Below, piece after piece: positions 13,601 to 28,622 of a stretch of DNA of 64,000 nucleotides. The position numbers were made by a program, and so were the translations under genes. Source of the stretch: the human T2T-CHM13v2.0 reference genome, Homo sapiens. The notes under the pieces were generated by a model. The model did not search any database, was not told the DNA's origin, and saw only the letters and a program-made list of their open reading frames with translations. The stretch lies in assembly GCF_009914755.1 (NCBI RefSeq), contig NC_060948.1; one strand, 5' to 3'. Numbering within the stretch: position 1 is the first letter of the stretch; the number at the start of each line of letters is the position of its first letter.

Positions 13601-14261
13601 GAATGGAATCCAAAGGAATGGAATAGAATGGAATGGAATCGAATGGAAAGGACTCGAATGGAAATCACTCGAATAGAATGCAATTTAATAAAATAGGATC
13701 AAATGTAATGGAATGGAATGGAAAGGAATCGAAACGAAAGGAATGGAGACAGATGGAATGGAATGGAACAGAGAGCAATGGTATAGAATGGAATGGAATC
13801 ATCTGGAATGGAATTGAATGGAATGGAATAATATGAAATGGAATGGAATGGAATGGAATGGAATGGAATGCCCTTGAATTAAATGGACTGGAATGGAATG
13901 GACTCGAACAGAGTGGAATGGAAAGTTTTGAGATAGAATGGAATGGACTCCTTTGGAATGGTGTAGTATGCAATGCAATCGACTGGCAGGGAATCAAAAG
14001 GAATGTAATCGAATGGATTGGACTGGAATGCAATGGACTCGAATAGATTGGAAACGGAATGCAAAGGAATGGAATGGAATAGTATGGAATGGAATGGAAA
14101 GGAATGGAGTGGAATAGACTAGAGTGGAATGGAATGGACTGGAAAGCAATGGACTGGAATGGAACTTTCTTGAATGGACTGGAATCAAACGGAATGGAAT
14201 GCAATGCAATCAAATGGCATGGAATAAAATAGAATGAAAGAGAATCAAATGGAATTGAATC
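10678..14261 (+). repeat. DYZ1 unit U4 (3584 bp; B head, Y tail)
   Basis: 10886->14470; CGATCG at 13430. Confidence 0.9.
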
Positions 14262-17200
14262 GAATGGAATCGAATGGATTGGAAATGATTAGAATTGAAT
14301 GGAATGGTATTGACTCAAATGGAATGGACTAGAATGGAATGGATTCGAATGGAAGGCAAAGGAATGGAATCTATTGGAATGGATTGTAATGGAATGGAAT
14401 GGAAGGGATTGGAATGGACTCGAATGGAATGGACTGCAATAGAAAGGATTCGAATGGAATGAAAAAGAATTGAATGGAATAGAACAGAATGGAATCAAAT
14501 CGAATGAAATGGAATGGAATAGAAAGGAATGGAATGAAATGGAATGGAAAGGATTCGAATGGAATGCAATCGAATGGAATGGAATCGAACGGAATGGAAT
14601 AAAATGGAAGAAAACTGGCAAGAAATGGAATCGAAATGAATGGAGTGTTATGGAACGGACTCAAAAGGAATTGAATGTAATAGAATGGAGTGGAGTGGAC
14701 TCGAATATAATGGACTGGAATGGAATGAAATCACATGGAATGGGAACGAATGGAATGGAATGGAAAGGAATGGTATCGAATGGAAAGGAATCGAATGGAA
14801 GGGAATGAAATTGAATCAACAGGAATGGAAGGGAATAGAATAGACGGTAATGGAATGGACTCGAATAGAATGGACACGAATGCTCAAATTGAATGGACTC
14901 GAATGGAATGGAAACGAAAGGAATGTCATCGAATGGAATTGAATCGATTGGAATGAAATCGCATAGAATGGAGTGGAATCAAATGGAATTGAATCGAAAG
15001 GAAAGGAAGCGAATGGACTGAAATGAAATGGAATGGAATTGAATGGAAAGTAATGCAATGGAATAGAATGGAACGAAATTTCACGGAATGGAATCAAACT
15101 GAATGGAATCAAATCAATGGAATCAAATCAAATGGAATGGAAAGGAATTGAATGGAGTAGATTGGATTGGATGGGATTGGAATGAAATGTACTGGAAAGG
15201 ACTCGAATTTCATGAAACGGAATGGAATGAATTGGAACGGAATGGACTCGAATGGAATGGAATGTCATGGAATGGCATCAAATGGAATGGCATCAAATGG
15301 AATGGAATCGAATGCAATGGAATGCTATGGAATGGAATGGAATGCATTGGAATGGAATGTCCTCTAATGGAATGGATTCGAGTGGAATGGAATCTAATAT
15401 AATGGAGTCGAATGAAATGGAATTGAAAGGAGTGGGATCGAATACAATGGAATATACTGGAATGTAATGTAATGAACTCGAATGTAATTGACTGGAATGG
15501 AATGTACATGAATGGAATGTAATCGAATGGAAAGTAATCCAATGGAATAGAATCTAATGCAATAAAACCGACTCAGATAGAGTAGAATGTAATGGAATGG
15601 AGTGCAGTGCAATGGAATGGAATGGAATGGAATGCAATGCAATGGAATGGAATGGAATGGAATGGAATGGAATGGAATGGAATGGGATGGAATGGGATGG
15701 GATGGAATGGTATGGAATGGATAGTAATGGACTGGAGTGAAATGGACTGGAAAGGAATGGACTCAAATTGAAAGGGCTCGAAAGGAATGGAGTCAAATGG
15801 AATGGTCTGGAATGGAATGAACACGAATGTAATGCAATCCAATAGAATGGAATCGAATGGCATGGAATATAAAGAAATGGAATCGAAGAGAATGGAAACA
15901 AATGGAATGGAATTGAATGGAATGGAATTGAATGGAATGGGAACGAATGGAGTGAAATTGTATGCAGTAGAAGGGAATAGAATGGAATGCAAGCGAAAGG
16001 AAAGGAATGGATTGGAATGGAATGGAATTCATTGGAATGGAAGGGAATGTAGTGTAATGGACAGGCCTGGAATAAAGTGGAATGCTACGGTCTCGAATGG
16101 AATAAAAATGTATGGAATGGAATGCAATGAAACGGAATCGAATGTCATAGAATGTAATGGAATGCAAAAAAATGGAATCCAAAATCATTGACTGGAAAGG
16201 CTGGGTGTCGAAAGGAATTGACTCCAATGGAATGGAATCAAATGGAATGGAAGTGAATAGAATCGAACTAAATCGAATGGAATGGAATTGATAGGAACGG
16301 AATGGAAAGGAATGCAATGATTTGGCATGGAATGGAATCGAATGGCATCGAATGGAATGGAATGGAATGCAATGGAATGGAATGTATTAGAATGTAATGA
16401 ACTTTAATGGAATGTACTCGAATGGATTCGACTGGAATGGAATGTTCTGGAAGTGAATGGACTCCAATGGAATGGATTCAAAAGGAATGGAATCGTACGG
16501 AATGGAATCTAATGGAATGGAATTAAATGGAAAAGAATCAAATTGAATAGCACGGAATTGAATTGAATGGAATCGAATGCAATGGAATCTAATGAAACGG
16601 AAAGGAAAGGAATGGAATGGAATGGAATGGGCTGGAATGGAAAGGAATCGAAACGAATGGAATGGAATCGAACTGAAGAGACTGGAATGGAATGCACTGG
16701 AATGGAAGGGAGTGTAATGGAAGGTTCTCGAAAAAAATGGAATCGAATGGAATGGAATTGAATGGAACGGAATAGAGTCGAATGGAATTGAATGGAATGG
16801 AATGGACTAGAGTGAAATGGAATCGAACCACAAGGAATGGACAGGAATAGAATGGTCTCGAATTGAATGGAATCGTATGGAATGGCATCAAACGGAAAGG
16901 AATGGACAGCCACGGAATGGAATGCACTCGAATGCAATGGAGTCGAAACTAATGGACTGGAATAGAATGGACTCGACTGGTACGGACTCCAATGGAATGG
17001 AATCGAAAGGAAGGGAATCGAACGGAATGGACTCGAAGGGAAAAGACTGCAATGGAAAGGTCTCGAATGGAATGGAAATTAATGGAATGGAATGGAATCG
17101 AATGAAATGGAGTCAAAAGGAATGGAATCGAATGGCAAGAAATCGAATGTAATGGATTCGCAAGGAATTGATGTGAACGGAACGGAATGGAATGGAATCC

Positions 17201-17845
17201 AAAGGAATGGAATAGAATGGAATGGAATCGAATGGAAAGGACTCGAATGGAAATCACTGGAATAGAATGCAATTTAATAAAATAGGATGAAATGTAATGG
17301 AATGGAATGGAAAGGAATCGAAACGAAAGGAATGGAGACAGATGGAATGGAATGGTACAGAGAGCAATGGTATAGAATGGAATGGAATCATCTGGAATGG
17401 AATTGAATGGAATGGAATAATATGAAATGGAATGGAATGGAATGGAATGGAATGCCCTTGAATTAAATGGACTGGAATGGAATGGACTCCAACAGAGTGA
17501 AATGGAAAGTGTTGAGATAGAATGGAATGGACTCCTTTGGAATGGTGTAGTATGCAATGCAATCGACTGGCAGGGAAGCAAAAGGAATGTAATCAAATGG
17601 ATTGGACTGGAATGCAATGGACTCGAATAGATTGGAAACGGAATGCAAAGGAATGGAATGGAATAGTATGGAATGGAATGGAAAGGAATGGAGTGGAATA
17701 GACTAGAGTGGAATGGAATGGACTGGAAAGCAATGGACTGGAATGGAACTTTCTTGAATGGACTGGAATCAAACGGAATGGAATGCAATGCAATCAAATG
17801 GCATGGAATAAAATAGAATGAAAGAGAATCAAATGGAATTGAATC
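14262..17845 (+). repeat. DYZ1 unit U5 (3584 bp; C head, X tail)
   Basis: 14470->18054; ggaaatgattagaattg at 14281. Confidence 0.9.
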
Positions 17846-20800
17846 GAATGGAATCGAATGGATTGGAAAGGATTAGAATGGAATGGAATGGAATTGACTC
17901 AAATGGAATGGACTAGAATGGAATGGATTCGAATGGAAGGCAAAGGAATGGAATCTATTGGAATGGACTGTAATGGAATGGAATGGAAGGGATTGGAATG
18001 GACTCGAATGGAATGGACTGCAATAGAAAGGATTCGAATGGAATGAAAAAGAATTGAATGGAATAGAACAGATTGGAATCAAATCGAATGAAATGGAATG
18101 GAATAGAAAGGAATGGAATGAAATGGAATGGAAAGGATTCGAATGGAATGCAATCGAATGGAATGGAATCGAACGGAATGGAATAAAATGGAAGAAAACT
18201 GGCAAGAAATGGAATCGAAATGAATGGAGTGTTATGGAACGGACTCAAAAGGAATTGAATGTAATAGAATGGAATGGAGTGGACTCGAATATAATGGACT
18301 GGAATGGAATGAAATCACATGGAATGGGAACGAATGGAATGGAATGGAAAGGAATGGAATCGAATGGAAAGGAATCGAATAGAAGGGAATGAAATTGAAT
18401 CAACAGGAATGGAAGGGAATAGAATAGACGGTAATGGAATGGACTCGAATAGAATGGACACGAATTCTCAAATTGAATGGACACGAATGGAATGGAAACG
18501 AAAGGAATGTCATCGAATGGAATTGAATCGATTGGAATGAAATCGCATAGAATGGAGTGGAATCAAATGGAATTGAATCGAAAGGAAAGGAAGCGAATGG
18601 ACTGAAATGAAATGGAATGGAATTGAATGGAAAGTAATGCAATGGAATAGAATGGAACGAAATTTCACGGAATGGAATCAAACTGAATGGAATCAAATCA
18701 ATGGAATCAAATCAAATGGAATGGAAAGGAATTGAATGGAGTAGATTGGATTGGATGGGATTGGAATGAAATGTACTGGAAAGGACTCGAATTTCATGAA
18801 ACGGAATGGAATGAATTGGAACGGAATGGACTCGAATGGAATGGAATGTCATGGAATGGCATCAAATGGAATGGCATCAAATGGAATGGAATCGAATGCA
18901 ATGGAATGCTATGGAATGGAATGGAATGCATTGGAATGGAATGTCCTCTAATGGAATGGATTCGAGTGGAATGGAATCGAATATAATGGAGTCGAATGAA
19001 ATGGAATTGAAAGGAATGGGATCGAATAGAATGGAATATACTGGAATGTAATGTAATGAACTCGAATGTAATTGACTGGAATGGAATGTACATGAATGGA
19101 ATGTAATCGAATGGAAAGTAATCCAATGGAATAGAATCTAATGCAATAAAATCGACTCAGATAGAGTAGAATGTAATGGAATGGAGTGCAGTGCAATGGA
19201 ATGGAATGGAATGGAATGCAATGGAATGGAATGGAATGGAATGGAATGGAATGGAATGGAATGGAATGGGATGGGATGGAATGGTATGGAATGGATAGTA
19301 ATGAACTGGAGTGAAATGGACTGGAAAGGAATGGAGTCAAATTGAAAGGGCTCGAAAGGAATGGAGTCAAATGGAATAGTCTGGAATGGAATGAACACGA
19401 ATGTAATGCAATCCAATAGAATGGAATCGAATGGCATGGAATATAAAGAAATGGAATCGAAGAGAATGGAAACAAATGGAATGGAATTGAATGGAATGGA
19501 ATTGAATGGAATGGGAACGAATTGAGTGAAATTGTATGCAGTAGAAGGGAATAGAATGGAATGCAAGCGAAAGGAAAGGAATGGATTGGAATGGAATGGA
19601 ATTCATTGGAATGGAAGGGAATGTAGTGTAATGGACAGGCCTGGAATAAAGTGGAATGCTACGGTCTCGAACGGAATAAAAATGTATGGAATGGAATGCA
19701 ATGAAACGGAATCGAATGTCATAGAATGTAATGGAATGCAAAAAAATGGAATCCAAAATCATTGACTGGAAAGGCTGGGTGTCGAAAGGAATTGACTCCA
19801 ATGGAATGGAATCGAATGGAATGGAAGTGAATAGAATCGAACTAAATCGAATGGAATGGAATTGATAGGAACGGAATGGAAAGGAATGCAATGATTTGGC
19901 ATGGAATGGAATCGAATGGCATCGAATGGAATGGAATGGAATGCAATGGAATGGAATGTATTAGAATGTAATGAACTTTAATGGAATGTACTCGAATGGA
20001 TTCGACTGGAATGGAATGTTCTGGAAGTGAATGGACTCCAATGGAATGGATTCAAAAGGAATGGAATCGTACGGAATGGAATCTAATGGAATGGAATTAA
20101 ATGGAAATGAATCAAATTGAATAGCACGGAATTGAATTGAATGGAATGGAATGCAATGGAATCTAATGAAACGGAAAGGAAAGGAATGGAATGGAATGGA
20201 ATGGGCTGGAATGGAAAGGAATCGAAACGAATGGAATGGAATCGAACTGAAGAGACTGGAATGGAATGCACTGGAATGGAAGGGAGTGTAATGGAAGGTT
20301 CTCGAAAAAAATGGAATCGAATGGAATGGAATTGAATGGAACGGAATAGAGTCGAATGGAATTGAATGGAATGGAATGGACTAGAGTGAAATGGAATCGA
20401 ACCACAAGGAATGGACAGGAATAGAATGGTCTCGAATTGAATGGAATCGTATGGAATGGCATCAAACGGAATGGAATGGACAGCCACGGAATGGAATGCA
20501 CTCGAATGCAATGGAGTCGAAACTAATGGACTGGAATAGAATGGACTCGACTGGTACGGACTCCAATGGAATGGAATCGAATGGAAGGGAATCGATCGGA
20601 ATGGACTCGAAGGGAAAAGACTGCAATGGAAAGGTCTCGAATGGAATGGAAATTAATGGAATGGAATGGAATCGAATGAAATGGAGTCAAAAGGAATGGA
20701 ATCGAATGGCAAGAAATCGAATGTAATGGAATCGCAAGGAATTGATGTGAACGGAACGGAATGGAATGGAATCCAAAGGAATGGAATAGAATGGAATGGA

Positions 20801-21429
20801 ATCGAATGGAAAGGACTCGAATGGAAATCACTCGAATAGAATGCAATTTAATAAAATAGGATCAAATGTAATGGAATGGAATGGAAAGGAATCGAAACGA
20901 AAGGAATGGAGACAGATGGAATGGAATGGAACAGAGAGCAATGGTATAGAATGGAATGGAATCATCTGGAATGGAATTGAATGGAATGGAATAATATGAA
21001 ATGGAATGGAATGGAATGGAATGGAATGGAATGGAATGCCCTTGAATTAAATGGACTGGAATGGAATGGACTCGAACAGAGTGGAATGGAAAGTTTTGAG
21101 ATAGAATGGAATGGACTCCTTTGGAATGGTGTAGTATGCAATGCAATCGACTGGCAGGGAATCAAAAGGAATGTAATCGAATGGATTGGACTGGAATGCA
21201 ATGGACTCGAATAGATTGGAAACGGAATGCAAAGGAATGGAATGGAATAGTATGGAATGGAATGGAAAGGAATGGAGTGGAATAGACTAGAGTGGAATGG
21301 AATGGACTGGAAAGCAATGGACTGGAATGGAACTTTCTTGAATGGACTGGAATCAAACGGAATGGAATGCAATGCAATCAAATGGCATGGAATAAAATAG
21401 AATGAAAGAGAATCAAATGGAATTGAATC
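17846..21429 (+). repeat. DYZ1 unit U6 (3584 bp; B head, Y tail)
   Basis: 18054->21638. Confidence 0.9.
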
Positions 21430-24400
21430 GAATGGAATCGAATGGATTGGAAATGATTAGAATTGAATGGAATGGTATTGACTCAAATGGAATGGACTAG
21501 AATGGAATGGATTCGAATGGAAGGCAAAGGAATGGAATCTATTGGAATGGATTGTAATGGAATGGAATGGAAGGGATTGGAATGGACTCGAATGGAATGG
21601 ACTGCAATAGAAAGGATTCGAATGGAATGAAAAAGAATTGAATGGAATAGAACAGAATGGAATCAAATCGAATGAAATGGAATGGAATAGAAAGGAATGG
21701 AATGAAATGGAATGGAAAGGATTCGAATGGAATGCAATCGAATGGAATGGAATCGAACGGAATGGAATAAAATGGAAGAAAACTGGCAAGAAATGGAATC
21801 GAAATGAATGGAGTGTTATGGAACGGACTCAAAAGGAATTGAATGTAATAGAATGGAGTGGAGTGGACTCGAATATAATGGACTGGAATGGAATGAAATC
21901 ACATGGAATGGGAACGAATGGAATGGAATGGAAAGGAATGGTATCGAATGGAAAGGAATCGAATGGAAGGGAATGAAATTGAATCAACAGGAATGGAAGG
22001 GAATAGAATAGACGGTAATGGAATGGACTCGAATAGAATGGACACGAATGCTCAAATTGAATGGACTCGAATGGAATGGAAACGAAAGGAATGTCATCGA
22101 ATGGAATTGAATCGATTGGAATGAAATCGCATAGAATGGAGTGGAATCAAATGGAATTGAATCGAAAGGAAAGGAAGCGAATGGACTGAAATGAAATGGA
22201 ATGGAATTGAATGGAAAGTAATGCAATGGAATAGAATGGAACGAAATTTCACGGAATGGAATCAAACTGAATGGAATCAAATCAATGGAATCAAATCAAA
22301 TGGAATGGAAAGGAATTGAATGGAGTAGATTGGATTGGATGGGATTGGAATGAAATGTACTGGAAAGGACTCGAATTTCATGAAACGGAATGGAATGAAT
22401 TGGAACGGAATGGACTCGAATGGAATGGAATGTCATGGAATGGCATCAAATGGAATGGCATCAAATGGAATGGAATCGAATGCAATGGAATGCTATGGAA
22501 TGGAATGGAATGCATTGGAATGGAATGTCCTCTAATGGAATGGATTCGAGTGGAATGGAATCTAATATAATGGAGTCGAATGAAATGGAATTGAAAGGAG
22601 TGGGATCGAATACAATGGAATATACTGGAATGTAATGTAATGAACTCGAATGTAATTGACTGGAATGGAATGTACATGAATGGAATGTAATCGAATGGAA
22701 AGTAATCCAATGGAATAGAATCTAATGCAATAAAACCGACTCAGATAGAGTAGAATGTAATGGAATGGAGTGCAGTGCAATGGAATGGAATGGAATGGAA
22801 TGCAATGCAATGGAATGGAATGGAATGGAATGGAATGGAATGGAATGGAATGGAATGGGATGGAATGGGATGGGATGGAATGGTATGGAATGGATAGTAA
22901 TGGACTGGAGTGAAATGGACTGGAAAGGAATGGACTCAAATTGAAAGGGCTCGAAAGGAATGGAGTCAAATGGAATGGTCTGGAATGGAATGAACACGAA
23001 TGTAATGCAATCCAATAGAATGGAATCGAATGGCATGGAATATAAAGAAATGGAATCGAAGAGAATGGAAACAAATGGAATGGAATTGAATGGAATGGAA
23101 TTGAATGGAATGGGAACGAATGGAGTGAAATTGTATGCAGTAGAAGGGAATAGAATGGAATGCAAGCGAAAGGAAAGGAATGGATTGGAATGGAATGGAA
23201 TTCATTGGAATGGAAGGGAATGTAGTGTAATGGACAGGCCTGGAATAAAGTGGAATGCTACGGTCTCGAATGGAATAAAAATGTATGGAATGGAATGCAA
23301 TGAAACGGAATCGAATGTCATAGAATGTAATGGAATGCAAAAAAATGGAATCCAAAATCATTGACTGGAAAGGCTGGGTGTCGAAAGGAATTGACTCCAA
23401 TGGAATGGAATCGAATGGAATGGAAGTGAATAGAATCGAACTAAATCGAATGGAATGGAATTGATAGGAACGGAATGGAAAGGAATGCAATGATTTGGCA
23501 TGGAATGGAATCGAATGGCATCGAATGGAATGGAATGGAATGCAATGGAATGGAATGTATTAGAATGTAATGAACTTTAATGGAATGTACTCGAATGGAT
23601 TCGACTGGAATGGAATGTTCTGGAAGTGAATGGACTCCAATGGAATGGATTCAAAAGGAATGGAATCGTACGGAATGGAATCTAATGGAATGGAATTAAA
23701 TGGAAATGAATCAAATTGAATAGCACGGAATTGAATTGAATGGAATGGAATGCAATGGAATCTAATGAAACGGAAAGGAAAGGAATGGAATGGAATGGAA
23801 TGGGCTGGAATGGAAAGGAATCGAAACGAATGGAATGGAATCGAAGTGAAGAGACTGGAATGGAATGCACTGGAATGGAAGGGAGTGTAATGGAAGGTTC
23901 TCGAAAAAAATGGAATCGAATGGAATGGAATTGAATGGAACGGAATAGAGTCGAATGGAATTGAATGGAATGGAATGGACTAGAGTGAAATGGAATCGAA
24001 CCACAAGGAATGGACAGGAATAGAATGGTCTCGAATTGAATGGAATCGTATGGAATGGCATCAAACGGAATGGAATGGACAGCCACGGAATGGAATGCAC
24101 TCGAATGCAATGGAGTCGAAACTAATGGACTGGAATAGAATGGACTCGACTGGTACGGACTCCAATGGAATGGAATCGAATGGAAGGGAATCGATCGGAA
24201 TGGACTCGAAGGGAAAAGACTGCAATGGAAAGGTCTCGAATGGAATGGAAATTAATGGAATGGAATGGAATCGAATGAAATGGAGTCAAAAGGAATGGAA
24301 TCGAATGGCAAGAAATCGAATGTAATGGAATCGCAAGGAATTGATGTGAACGGAACGGAATGGAATGGAATCCAAAGGAATGGAATAGAATGGAATGGAA

Positions 24401-25023
24401 TCGAATGGAAAGGACTCGAATGGAAATCACTCGAATAGAATGCAATTTAATAAAATAGGATCAAATGTAATGGAATGGAATGGAAAGGAATCGAAACGAA
24501 AGGAATGGAGACAGATGGAATGGAATGGAACAGAGAGCAATGGTATAGAATGGAATGGAATCATCTGGAATGGAATTGAATGGAATGGAATAATATGAAA
24601 TGGAATGGAATGGAATGGAATGGAATGGAATGCCCTTGAATTAAATGGACTGGAATGGAATGGACTCGAACAGAGTGGAATGGAAAGTTTTGAGATAGAA
24701 TGGAATGGACTCCTTTGGAATGGTGTAGTATGCAATGCAATCGACTGGCAGGGAATCAAAAGGAATGTAATCGAATGGATTGGACTGGAATGCAATGGAC
24801 TCGAATAGATTGGAAACGGAATGCAAAGGAATGGAATGGAATAGTATGGAATGGAATGGAAAGGAATGGAGTGGAATAGACTAGAGTGGAATGGAATGGA
24901 CTGGAAAGCAATGGACTGGAATGGAACTTTCTTGAATGGACTGGAATCAAACGGAATGGAATGCAATGCAATCAAATGGCATGGAATAAAATAGAATGAA
25001 AGAGAATCAAATGGAATTGAATC
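21430..25023 (+). repeat. DYZ1 unit U7 (3594 bp; C head, Y tail)
   Basis: 21638->25232; shares the ggaaatgatt variant with U5. Confidence 0.9.
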
Positions 25024-28000
25024 GAATGGAATCGAATGGATTGGAAAGGATTAGAATTGAATGGAATGGTATTGACTCAAATGGAATGGACTAGAATGGA
25101 ATGGATTCGAATGGAAGGCAAAGGAATGGAATCTATTGGAATGGATTGTAATGGAATGGAATGGAAGGGATTGGAATGGACTCGAATGGAATGGACTGCA
25201 ATAGAAAGGATTCGAATGGAATGAAAAAGAATTGAATGGAATAGAACAGAATGGAATCAAATCGAATGAAATGGAATGGAATAGAAAGGAATGGAATGAA
25301 ATGGAATGGAAAGGATTCGAATGGAATGCAATCGAATGGAATGGAATCGAACGGAATGGAATAAAATGGAAGAAAACTGGCAAGAAATGGAATCGAAATG
25401 AATGGAGTGTTATGGAACGGACTCAAAAGGAATTGAATGTAATAGAATGGAGTGGAGTGGACTCGAATATAATGGACTGGAATGGAATGAAATCACATGG
25501 AATGGGAACGAATGGAATGGAATGGAAAGGAATGGTATCGAATGGAAAGGAATCGAATGGAAGGGAATGAAATTGAATCAACAGGAATGGAAGGGAATAG
25601 AATAGACGGTAATGGAATGGACTCGAATAGAATGGACACGAATGCTCAAATTGAATGGACTCGAATGGAATGGAAACGAAAGGAATGTCATCGAATGGAA
25701 TTGAATCGATTGGAATGAAATCGCATAGAATGGAGTGGAATCAAATGGAATTGAATCGAAAGGAAAGGAAGCGAATGGACTGAAATGAAATGGAATGGAA
25801 TTGAATGGAAAGTAATGCAATGGAATAGAATGGAACGAAATTTCACGGAATGGAATCAAACTGAATGGAATCAAATCAATGGAATCAAATCAAATGGAAT
25901 GGAAAGGAATTGAATGGAGTAGATTGGATTGGATGGGATTGGAATGAAATGTACTGGAAAGGACTCGAATTTCATGAAACGGAATGGAATGAATTGGAAC
26001 GGAATGGACTCGAATGGAATGGAATGTCATGGAATGGCATCAAATGGAATGGCATCAAATGGAATGGAATCGAATGCAATGGAATGCTATGGAATGGAAT
26101 GGAATGCATTGGAATGGAATGTCCTCTAATGGAATGGATTCGAGTGGAATGGAATCTAATATAATGGAGTCGAATGAAATGGAATTGAAAGGAGTGGGAT
26201 CGAATACAATGGAATATACTGGAATGTAATGTAATGAACTCGAATGTAATTGACTGGAATGGAATGTACATGAATGGAATGTAATCGAATGGAAAGTAAT
26301 CCAATGGAATAGAATCTAATGCAATAAAACCGACTCAGATAGAGTAGAATGTAATGGAATGGAGTGCAGTGCAATGGAATGGAATGGAATGGAATGCAAT
26401 GCAATGGAATGGAATGGAATGGAATGGAATGGAATGGAATGGAATGGAATGGAATGGGATGGAATGGGATGGGATGGAATGGTATGGAATGGATAGTAAT
26501 GGACTGGAGTGAAATGGACTGGAAAGGAATGGACTCAAATTGAAAGGGCTCGAAAGGAATGGAGTCAAATGGAATGGTCTGGAATGGAATGAACACGAAT
26601 GTAATGCAATCCAATAGAATGGAATCGAATGGCATGGAATATAAAGAAATGGAATCGAAGAGAATGGAAACAAATGGAATGGAATTGAATGGAATGGAAT
26701 TGAATGGAATGGGAACGAATGGAGTGAAATTGTATGCAGTAGAAGGGAATAGAATGGAATGCAAGCGAAAGGAAAGGAATGGATTGGAATGGAATGGAAT
26801 TCATTGGAATGGAAGGGAATGTAGTGTAATGGACAGGCCTGGAATAAAGTGGAATGCTACGGTCTCGAATGGAATAAAAATGTATGGAATGGAATGCAAT
26901 GAAACGGAATCGAATGTCATAGAATGTAATGGAATGCAAAAAAATGGAATCCAAAATCATTGACTGGAAAGGCTGGGTGTCGAAAGGAATTGACTCCAAT
27001 GGAATGGAATCGAATGGAATGGAAGTGAATAGAATCGAACTAAATCGAATGGAATGGAATTGATAGGAACGGAATGGAAAGGAATGCAATGATTTGGCAT
27101 GGAATGGAATCGAATGGCATCGAATGGAATGGAATGGAATGCAATGGAATGGAATGTATTAGAATGTAATGAACTTTAATGGAATGTACTCGAATGGATT
27201 CGACTGGAATGGAATGTTCTGGAAGTGAATGGACTCCAATGGAATGGATTCAAAAGGAATGGAATCGTACGGAATGGAATCTAATGGAATGGAATTAAAT
27301 GGAAATGAATCAAATTGAATAGCACGGAATTGAATTGAATGGAATGGAATGCAATGGAATCTAATGAAACGGAAAGGAAAGGAATGGAATGGAATGGAAT
27401 GGGCTGGAATGGAAAGGAATCGAAACGAATGGAATGGAATCGAAGTGAAGAGACTGGAATGGAATGCACTGGAATGGAAGGGAGTGTAATGGAAGGTTCT
27501 CGAAAAAAATGGAATCGAATGGAATGGAATTGAATGGAACGGAATAGAGTCGAATGGAATTGAATGGAATGGAATGGACTAGAGTGAAATGGAATCGAAC
27601 CACAAGGAATGGACAGGAATAGAATGGTCTCGAATTGAATGGAATCGTATGGAATGGCATCAAACGGAATGGAATGGACAGCCACGGAATGGAATGCACT
27701 CGAATGCAATGGAGTCGAAACTAATGGACTGGAATAGAATGGACTCGACTGGTACGGACTCCAATGGAATGGAATCGAATGGAAGGGAATCGATCGGAAT
27801 GGACTCGAAGGGAAAAGACTGCAATGGAAAGGTCTCGAATGGAATGGAAATTAATGGAATGGAATGGAATCGAATGAAATGGAGTCAAAAGGAATGGAAT
27901 CGAATGGCAAGAAATCGAATGTAATGGAATCGCAAGGAATTGATGTGAACGGAACGGAATGGAATGGAATCCAAAGGAATGGAATAGAATGGAATGGAAT

Positions 28001-28622
28001 CGAATGGAAAGGACTCGAATGGAAATCACTCGAATAGAATGCAATTTAATAAAATAGGATCAAATGTAATGGAATGGAATGGAAAGGAATCGAAACGAAA
28101 GGAATGGAGACAGATGGAATGGAATGGAACAGAGAGCAATGGTATAGAATGGAATGGAATCATCTGGAATGGAATTGAATGGAATGGAATAATATGAAAT
28201 GGAATGGAATGGAATGGAATGGAATGGAATGCCCTTGAATTAAATGGACTGGAATGGAATGGACTCGAACAGAGTGGAATGGAAAGTTTTGAGATAGAAT
28301 GGAATGGACTCCTTTGGAATGGTGTAGTATGCAATGCAATCGACTGGCAGGGAATCAAAAGGAATGTAATCGAATGGATTGGACTGGAATGCAATGGACT
28401 CGAATAGATTGGAAACGGAATGCAAAGGAATGGAATGGAATAGTATGGAATGGAATGGAAAGGAATGGAGTGGAATAGACTAGAGTGGAATGGAATGGAC
28501 TGGAAAGCAATGGACTGGAATGGAACTTTCTTGAATGGACTGGAATCAAACGGAATGGAATGCAATGCAATCAAATGGCATGGAATAAAATAGAATGAAA
28601 GAGAATCAAATGGAATTGAATC
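25024..28622 (+). repeat. DYZ1 unit U8 (3599 bp; C head, Y tail)
   Basis: 25232->28831. Confidence 0.9.

Noticed and set aside
14286-14296. Possible DUX4 site created by the tgattagaatt variant in U5/U7
   Set aside because: It mismatches the TGATTAGATTA-type consensus at the 3' end, and there is no other support.
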